From NCBI GenBank assembly GCA_016303225.1, contig JAEDMC010000002.1, positions 1 through 39,173 on the forward strand: a stretch of DNA of 39,173 bases. Reading direction: 5' to 3'. Positions within the stretch are counted from its first letter, which is position 1, and each line of letters starts with the position of its first letter. The notes under the pieces were generated by a model, which was not told where the DNA came from, ran no database searches, and saw only the letters and a list, made by a program, of their open reading frames with translations. Made by a program: the position numbers and the translations under genes. Positions 37,501-39,173 of this stretch are shown piece by piece. The DNA is from Kiritimatiellia bacterium (GTDB lineage: Bacteria > Verrucomicrobiota > Kiritimatiellia > RFP12 > UBA1067).

Positions 37501-38549
37501 CCGCACGGCTGCGAGCTCATGTAGATGGTCGCCGTCGAGTTCTCCGCCGCGCTCCCGCCCTTCAGCTTGAACGTCGCGCGCGTCTCGCCCGGACCGATCG
37601 CCACCTTCAGGCAGTTCGTGCCGTTCACGACCTCGATGTCCGCCGGATTGTCGCTCGCGACGTCGAATACCGTCGCGTCGCCGGACCACACCCAGACCGT
37701 CGCGCCCTCCTTGCCGCCCGCGCCCTCGATCGCCGGCGCCGTCGTGACGAAGTCGGTGATGTCGGGATAGACGTCGCGCCACACCGTCGGATCGGTCGGC
37801 GACGTGCCCGCGTCAAAGTCGATCGCCTGCACCTTCAGGTTCGCCTTCGAGAGCGAATAGTCGACGAACGGACCGCCCGCGTTCGGCGCCTGCGGCACGT
37901 TGTCGGGATGGTTGTCCTGGTCGATGAAGTGGCAGCTCGCGAGATCGCCGTCGTCATTCCGGAGGTCCCACAGGTAGTCGGCGGAAAGGACCTTCGTGTT
38001 CACGTTCGGGAAGAGGTAGTCGGAGTTCTTCACGCCGCCCTGGTCGGGAACCTCGCCCTGGTAGTTGAGAAGCTTGATCGGGAGCCCCAGGTCGCCCGGC
38101 TTCACCGTGTAGCAGAAATAGAGGTCGGTGTAGTAGGGGTACGTCGGGTTCTGGCCGCTGATCTGACCCGCCACCGGGCCGACCTCGACATACTCCGCCG
38201 CATCGATGCGGCCACCCACCGAGATGCCGATCTTCGGCGGCTGATACACGAGCTGCAGCTTCTCCAGCGCCTCCGGAGACGTGTCGTGCAAACGGAACTT
38301 CCAGGTCTTCGCCGGATACGTCACGGGATCGCCCGAAGTCTGCAGCCAGCCCTTGTCGACCAAACGCACAAGGAAGTAGGCCTTCTCGCCCACGCCCAGG
38401 TTGCGCGTGTAGTCGACGCCAGCATACTTCACCGGCTCAATCGAGCTGATGTCGCCGTTCGCGTCACGCCCCGCAAAAAGGGCAAACGGCATCGCCAACG
38501 CGGCAACCGCAATCGTCGTGATCTTGACCATGGATTCCTTGATCTTCAT
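22524..38549 (-). CDS. Giant secreted multidomain protein (5,341 aa from ATG 38549; ORF open to 38603): beta-rich N-terminal third, a core rich in TSP3-like Ca-binding motifs, a LamG/ConA-like domain, a duplicated module of about 700-780 aa, and a C-terminal tail ending FYKVEIVQ
   Basis: This is a single uninterrupted frame of 5,359 codons. ATG 38549 has GAGGAG 7 nt upstream and gives the signal peptide MKIKESMVKITTIAVAALAMPFALFA. Many DxDxDG motifs are present, for example DTDGDHFSDGWEYYFW, DFDNDGLSDYEEYLIGTNPCHWDTDGDHMCDAWE, DTDGDGVPDGWELYTYRNP, DTDLDGLPDAWEMQFAGLP, DSDGDGMDDFYELFHGLNP, DTDGDGMPDGWEMEFAGLDP and DADGDGLSNYAEYLISE. Codon usage is uniformly GC3-rich throughout. Confidence 0.9.
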   Translation of the reverse strand: MKIKESMVKITTIAVAALAMPFALFAGRDANGDISSIEPVKYAGVDYTRNLGVGEKAYFLVRLVDKGWLQTSGDPVTYPAKTWKFRLHDTSPEALEKLQLVYQPPKIGISVGGRIDAAEYVEVGPVAGQISGQNPTYPYYTDLYFCYTVKPGDLGLPIKLLNYQGEVPDQGGVKNSDYLFPNVNTKVLSADYLWDLRNDDGDLASCHFIDQDNHPDNVPQAPNAGGPFVDYSLSKANLKVQAIDFDAGTSPTDPTVWRDVYPDITDFVTTAPAIEGAGGKEGATVWVWSGDATVFDVASDNPADIEVVNGTNCLKVAIGPGETRATFKLKGGSAAENSTATIYMSSQPCGSYNQVGDFLEDSTVTRTVRVIKAPKPYMSVTDSVGNPNNSIAVSATTNWWNVTEMKVRFSSPYKDADVEVALQPTVKDFAAIDPLATNVIRIFRSRDDVGDTGAGVSSVVVPKGETEVIFYVCGLGVLPSADLKAPQIEMTPKVVSPAGAETFFSEGTHKTSTVKVTDKQAPAVTVPTSLPLTGMEGETVTFDVMVQDNWRDLNFAKEKGYTVSVSGGFMETSNNVVFVDGETVTFTLKLPTNLTKDESYKPTLTVKDPVGNASTLVVPLEVQKRPAIPTVKPALFKTNETGAERDLRSRFCEGDELNVRFVLEQDGKPVKAGETMLAYLVPLTTGKGSVSSNLIDAAAYTEPVKIQKDAEMSANLPVKLLDGNEKGSTEIEFGVRLTTESGAPVSTLNYQPLAYAETLTVTNAAPQLAGVRRGSWEDLDRIIEDGQTTGHYDGQVAVDYPVTFTVKIKDLGLIDATNATTKVMLDAGGNYVEGKNAPYEQTQVVATNGVCTFDVYFGAAGTETVRIYAIDRDQQAVGEEIDASKHLLGSFTVTVQEAPAVVIEYAPEHPDGVFNENEGQQGAYFTVKLTDFPAPNDHAAGEKAISGANPLAVKVTLKKTAGDAGRLALDLSTSTNILFKSKAEAKAGKIVRFDMSNINGGMDNPSYFEATARVTTNDKHNSYDIAWSDWYSPSETVLFAVQNIAPYDLKLSSAKAGISFGVTNTWTAGESVTLQWTVKDIANDLTNGNFTVGWTGIFDEGGQTQMTLTNGWPIVGSTANSTAKGTFTFVVPDAALTEVTVTADDGEGGSAVPYTFWIRVVPTKKVILTPTGPAEKLKVTRYLTQDGLGRGHVYATDGTGKYLSLQFQQTWYYNEGAQQAHVYAAGYPAAESPAYDDGKLITGISGVPLDPDGNVAAVGATEFYDYSGENDNYFYAWVTVDPETHQGTVGAPDPKKSPSALADQFFDLDNEGGNKSSYKATEVGVLFSKEKYPADNGGDMNWDGIPDIYMMKVWRGAGVNLLELIYGDAVGNVADLKDLAKTNPDEDYLPGVWRVEGEMALVQASQKSYAPIGHAFTTVRELRGFEPGLNAKDDLKSDADFSKDELAAWKAWLIANDANYDPANPPADDDPFWTPDLSRWSPEPTGESVRMDPTTDDTDGDHFSDGWEYYFWYLAHVTVPAGTAKPVNGQSYVFERFNAKSFIFGTAITNTEVEAHFNPCEPRGEKAPGDFDNDGLSDYEEYLIGTNPCHWDTDGDHMCDAWEVMMGLDPQSTSDKAANADGDFMAAFTTLGLFGTEAIGEEVEIERGVFEIQTNWYFDVSGQLIEDWDFRPAPGEPGVYVMTQTKTIRALVVRPFWQDGAMTAYGREEDMPQDPVKNPVIWYYNFTQNPKWSLETWWVTRTFKAGEKIYQSGPMKGDYPIPFIMLHDQVRSIFGFDPRTGWFRNQNRFVGSRWEEGEGATGKSINTIPYAAYDEYLLGRYRSLFSIVYPGEQIKESGDTWGYIASKTTVPSVYAEASGTNDVGTAGTNDVESANSKLAELIAQAFKEAGKPDKGVIQVHGADTDGDGVPDGWELYTYRNPCTAFGQEEDPISEGPSRLMLPTDIDDDVLTYAAEFAGTDSCNAYKSCESIYKNHPGKAKGWYNKFFPTDPDNGDTDADGVYDGQEGSSWVVIGYADDEGSEALEGLSFIYGQPTDDNSTCIRGGGMNPLTADTDLDGLPDAWEMQFAGLPYDMAANNYVKPDEMPPGVGAGMWASVREDPTFFDARRLAAGILGKSLTGVIIIDGMDATWGGDAYTDPLDMPARLSHSYDPLTGTNRDVDWDHDGLQNWQEYLVQAVRHFRYDDISTPLMGRVLEEGPYHQQNFLDFTPMMQSAHEFCLKAATTWYDTDVLSIHTKTNAMVVTENPYTHVISTNFTVTVTTNLLLGSEADFVLKHMNDAEWLAAHPGEAINFRYSHPWTDEGWEALGYMAPVTYGFDRIVCHYNAMYIDWKTYMRPAVYGKYVSTSPQKADSDGDGMDDFYELFHGLNPLLGADPEAAGSKDVIAKAYGMPVFYNAYWNEWTHPDYNRYLAFHAQIPTSNRKMPITAPMAYDPVLYPWAIGCWAADPDGDGLRNDDERIVANQASPQASHTDPTPLWMTDTSKANSYVSQYYAVDSTVAVLPFWLNPNAVGIAGENYYLVAMEKANSAYLFSFEENEGYDTDNDWQPDGREIVKTVKTMSSPLNFSDPDRRQAMYFPGKDAYVMSRDLQYRGVDALDLLKQFTVEAWVRPEKTGADQTIIERSSYYGGDAITKAGGAIRANFRIGLAADGRVYGMFDNNDSIQSGLNQPLSCMRVDGLVLPLAKWSHVALTYDGKALKLYVNGDLCKQEPTSLIPANGVTQIRQDPTDPSRFPAYQYGGRAVALYVGARPKHTKNTVDRMVPLYPYFVRNGEHVESFANMGEYFNGYVDEVRIWDGARSGSEILSNYRSRMSFADVEANRTTVYQSWLQGATRNDASGQAMLPAELLHHYNFVTMPGAVNAADVAKLPGGFDKAVAQQAENDYLSSRNPDMNTHGLTDPRGLKDGQAGSYKFKGGIGVGWWESCGLRSTVYSDARVVPWIENTVSHLPVMDGSCIDDFFFSEQLGGYYTPAMTNGVNKFVFPNDAMPYPCSNYWVDRYVKLFTLNRLFNLGGDTYEPILNMYRYDIRSRFIGTTDLLPLGGAYAKTCPQMWDDGSPADAWEQTQVDAAGNGLPDWWEEYARENYCPDLDPEIPLNWDTAINYLGVEMAAYQAYLIDLARGLQPDGTLDSAYASTADVDGDNIPDWWENLWGVAQYGAEDDSDNDGLSNYAEYLLSFGSAPYGIDNGFPLLNPTQARSGKDQLVVDYFLPGPAEADAIPGNVTVDAKGKIHRHFNSHEYLGEIATDHDFMENWWEKQYKNTFVNTGVYDPQLDADEDGWSNFAECRAALWGGNYVADFIDRYMDNDMHGVSYPEPAIGIRPYYYGAQDVKGVPLVVRTWTGISPRVDATFIVSHEAGGATKFVGGFREETVMRGFMSPGSVQPSSVVFEKALTSSDRTYTWSWEWYEEVPQGVASSGTFEEYKWYLLRYPHIELTGGELEWTAFATSVSDAAGTTAKIIHSATATEIGTIDLRTGEWDLDTGKLAVSDEDGDKLGSSILRVTYASHIGENWPQAVWLSDTQEFGQGQVVGKGRVKEGLNTVEAFFDLDGNGQWSDGEPYGVLKNVEIGWHKVPELAIELKDEGVALTRQSLGGGSGEAQFVIRRVTINGESEINDVTVPQRQLATRTVVLDDRAYLTEADILSGNVCDLDWKWLVTDATEKLGLELKDIRTVGYTVERVTKGADGSTSNSVVGCFSRQFNTQRSKPVVKAPAQDKPVYAARPTFAFSSSDDTMTAYEIQVFAANGVDKVWDSGVRILPARQGLGVGEYAYTVTPALYADCAVTTNGSTVFHDGSNYVWRVALMNAKFNDTSDPACWSEFGKFQMDVGNKNRYAQFATGYGSVAAAVRYYGPTNVLAGMIVVEAFENADFTGEPVARTRIADVAAIDSITDITTTNAFLKGIEPGTVYLRAYIDQNNNGKRDNWESWGYVNSVGKSVAAIYNPVGVGIVDSLVQVPTCTIYIEDCDLNGNEIPDCLESEKFTGGGDSSGALDGDKDGLTDDEENGFGTDSTLWDTDGDGMPDGWEMEFAGLDPRFYDADEVTDGDWMAYAEVEATLVTVQNTDDPADVTVYVLGEDVAKKPVRGDTAVGLPLFETYTYEVSVGGELQARVGLGTNVTLVAEAGKLYRVAQVGEGTVVLVHGQVYDAFGFEPDVATGAGEHSKAFTALDKYLLVRYLEAAGLASEETMNLNLTPGQQWKDLTLKPLDPDNDKDGIADGWELYVMFGPNGVGSCALAEAKISPWNFNDARLASPDGDGLTLLDEYDGGHLPTDPWNLDTDNDGVIDYYAYQYCLKGDDAGKDADGDGLSNYAEYLISEVFGYAKLDPRNPKTDGYCIDYFRKMGDLYVGEIFTDHDQVNDIWESAYPGSANRYAYDPSRDDDGDGWSNWAEAKAGTDPETEADVGIDGYVLAAYPEPCIETFLTCSGVADAAAPVVIKAWSQKIDPNMTGKADAVWHLGNSEEQASVGVNTSQKYVGLKPNGMRTFNLGPGAIQHGSVRIAFKDLSYCVAKLDQYGEIENLSIGDPDYAKWYYKAQDREGVLYTIGGVIAGEQAVGTVDYKTGKVTVNFDAERMNGMMLGDTESVAEGEGGEAKQEEKDDSTYDLLNLEQSYVIVTWSSCTTLGSFNQTLYLSDAGSSVSSLSGGYVREGLNTFVAFVDSDGNGEYTPGEPFGVARDVDVGWDGAKLRIDLTTMSAITPRVDIWTGISDRASNFDKETYGEYDSRNLASDSSTFSGLNLELTLPEKESVRVRVVRYAVDGFFTYSCGVTNRVVLDRDFTRGVDDSFSEADFLSSDEFDIDWQYLKSEVASPLAGYHYEVTNMSYLVVLGDGPVGFTRKNQTNASDRVTALLASEGESSGSSSGASDDSDAAKPLLVTRRFERNWSKPKAIGLREGAVLHGSRPTFVWSMPDEEAYAKRFGSSYTAFRIQVVNTSLNKLVWTSDVMRAPAQDRSGNFVWTAPIYAGDQTSLGQVFAKAGNYQWRVAMYNAKFKPNAKITGDVWSDPSSFSTSVDTQQETGDNGYSSIDVAVKYTGPEAVLGQCENLAEIKGKVRLQAFTSPDFSGDPAAQGFVTNKLALTDATDIRANGRLIGLKSGTYYIRAYIDSNGNFKKDPWESWGDVKEPVTVKLNQLAPIVGLYIEDADTDSDWVPDAYEYQYPDKYEIGRSDASVDPEGRIILKKTVYDGILEGKAGISRFLSGATLTLFENFEAAGLLLGIGGDTDTSTIDAIRRAVEKNIEPNSVKITSLVVDAGNGTNGKVILTIGAKATDSIAGYLFSPIYELPTSTTVEIKVYRKENLATANWGDPVKTETVTIDGSTMTERIEVPLAGVDFNSGFYKVEIVQ
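23088..25421 (-). repeat. Giant-gene internal module, copy B (DDDGDGWSNWAE ... IEDADTDSDWVPDAYEYQ)
   Basis: Shows the same ordered blocks as copy A, for example FVAFVDSDGNGEYTPGEPFGVARDVDVGW, SRPTFVWSMPD, NYQWRVAMYNAKFK, YYIRAYIDSNGNFKKDPWESWGDV. The copies are divergent at the protein level, and I saw no obvious DNA-level identity. Confidence 0.75.
26622..28733 (-). repeat. Giant-gene internal module, copy A (DADEDGWSNFAE ... IEDCDLNGNEIPDCLE)
   Basis: Shares ordered blocks with copy B: D-x-DGWSN-x-AE; YPEP; REGLNT/KEGLNT V-x-AF-x-D-x-DGNG-x-(5)-GEP-x-GV; RPTF-x-(W/F)S; Y-x-WRVA-x-(M)-NAKF; AV-x-Y-x-GP; F-x-(2)-DF-(T/S)-G-(E/D)-P; Y-(L/I)-RAYID-x-N-x-N-x-K-x-D-x-WESWG; IED-x-D. Confidence 0.75.
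30100..30760 (-). other. LamG/Concanavalin-A-like (Laminin_G_3-type) domain within the giant protein
   Basis: FTVEAWVRPEKTGADQTIIERS ... KWSHVALTYDGKALKLYVNGDL ... GYVDEVRIWDGARSGSEILSNYR is the classic Laminin_G_3 pattern. Coordinates come from locating the reverse complement of these peptides. Confidence 0.7.
32937..32975. repeat. 24-bp-period in-frame direct repeat in the giant gene (GTNDVGTA GTNDVESA)
   Basis: gacgtcgttcgtgcc occurs at 32937-32951 and again at 32961-32975. Confidence 0.8.
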
Positions 38550-38560
38550 ATCTCTACTCC

Positions 38561-38938
38561 TCATTTCGAAATCTTTCCTTGAACCTGACCGGCTTCTCCG
38601 CATTGGTTCTTGCGGAGCTTGTCGATCGTCTTCGACATTTCGTCAAACTCTTTCTTGAGACGCACCCACTCGGCATCCTTCTCAAGCTCGGCCTTCAGGG
38701 TCGCCTCGTCCGCGCCCGGCAACCGGTCCTGCGCCTTCTCAAGAATCGCATGCAGCCGCTCGGCAAGCCCGTCGCGCGTGACCAGCGTCGCCGTCAGCGG
38801 ATCGGATGGCGCGGGCGCGACGGAAACAGCGCTCTCGTCCTTCCGACAACCCGGAAGGAACGCCGCCGCAAGCCCCGTCATGCACAGCATGAAAGGCACG
38901 TATAAGCCGATTCTACAGACTAATTTTTGCAATCTCAT
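38561..38938 (-). CDS. Small putative lipoprotein or secreted coiled-coil protein (125 aa from ATG 38938; the ORF-track start at 38947 is a TTG), translationally linked to the giant gene
   Basis: The N-terminus is MRLQKLVCRIGLYVPFMLCMTGLAAAFLPGC, a hydrophobic signal with an LPGC lipobox-like site that is atypical in having P at -2. The remainder is charged and helical (EATLKAELEKDAEWVRLKKEFDEMSKTIDKLRK). Its TGA (38563-38561) overlaps the GAGGAG Shine-Dalgarno box of the giant gene. Confidence 0.6.
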   Translation of the reverse strand: MRLQKLVCRIGLYVPFMLCMTGLAAAFLPGCRKDESAVSVAPAPSDPLTATLVTRDGLAERLHAILEKAQDRLPGADEATLKAELEKDAEWVRLKKEFDEMSKTIDKLRKNQCGEAGQVQGKISK

Positions 38939-38987
38939 AGAGACCAAGAGACACTACTCCCAGTCAATCATGCGATATGATATCAAA

Positions 38988-39016
38988 ATTATGTTGATAA
39001 AATCAAGTGTTGTCAA
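38988..39016 (-). promoter_or_regulatory. Sigma70-type promoter: TTGACA, 17-nt spacer, CATAAT, upstream of the lipoprotein and giant genes
   Basis: The minus strand reads cttgTTGACAacacttgattttatcaaCATAATtttgatatc. The -35 box is at 39016-39011, the -10 box at 38993-38988, and the spacer is exactly 17 nt. The first ATG of the lipoprotein gene lies about 45 nt downstream. Confidence 0.5.
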
Positions 39017-39119
39017 CAAGTTGTCATGGCGTTTTTAGAGGGGTGGTAAAGAGGGTGTCAACACGAGTGAACAGTTTTTCGACACTCCTCTTCAGCCTAT
39101 TCACAGACTTGTCAACCTA

Positions 39120-39173
39120 AAGCGGCGAGACGCCGCTTCTCCTTTGTCGGTCCCAGCGCAAAGCGGCGAGACG
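39120..39173. repeat. Family-2 hairpin element, intergenic copy, cut by the window edge
   Basis: aagcggcg-aga-cgccgctt lies at 39120-39138. A second aagcggcgagacg begins at 39161 and is truncated at 39173. It matches the element inside pta. Confidence 0.7.

Noticed and set aside
35736-38582. 948-aa plus-strand ORF
   Set aside because: This is the same codon-register antisense shadow of the giant gene (35736-22524 is divisible by 3). It has arginine-rich composition and no recognisable domain.
39120-39173. Tandem GC hairpins as terminators of an upstream minus-strand gene beyond the window
   Set aside because: This is plausible in position, but the stem is followed by only ttt and then aggttgac. 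The same element also occurs inside the pta coding sequence, where it cannot be acting as an efficient terminator. I therefore recorded it as a repeat element.

Overview
GC-rich 39.2-kb segment with strong GC3 bias. All 14 supportable genes lie on the minus strand. Gaps are very short: the largest is 162 bp, and several start/stop codons overlap. In transcription order (high to low coordinates):
- a sigma70-like promoter (about 39016-38988);
- a small putative lipoprotein;
- a giant 5,341-aa secreted protein (22524-38549), with a beta-rich N-terminal third, a core full of thrombospondin-type-3-like DxDxDG Ca-binding motifs, one LamG/ConA-like jelly roll, and a divergent 0.7-kaa module present twice;
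- ackA and pta;
- a type IV pilus-like assembly cluster: a secreted 226-aa protein, a PilM-PilN fusion, an Amuc_1100-like protein, a TM/Zn-ribbon/TSP3 protein, and a TPR-bearing secretin. This matches the Akkermansia Amuc_1102-1098 cluster order as I remember it;
- a 918-aa Listeria-Bacteroides-repeat surface protein;
- coaE, rho, uvrA;
- a C10 (streptopain-family) protease/beta-helix gene of at least 1,422 codons. It runs off the left edge and is missing from the supplied ORF track.
The source is probably a PVC-superphylum (Verrucomicrobiota-like) bacterium.
Most unusual observations:
1. The giant gene and its genomic context.
2. Short palindromic repeat families built from 7-bp or 9-bp words. 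They sit at gene ends and are also inserted in frame into housekeeping genes (uvrA twice, coaE, pta), in the manner of Rickettsia palindromic elements.
3. A shared C-terminal tail ending in FYKVE on the two complete large surface proteins.
All long plus-strand ORFs are antisense shadows in the codon register of the real genes. I saw no rRNA, tRNA, CRISPR array, transposase or integrase.
Limits: all domain calls rest on motif recognition by eye and on remembered reference sequences. No database search was possible.
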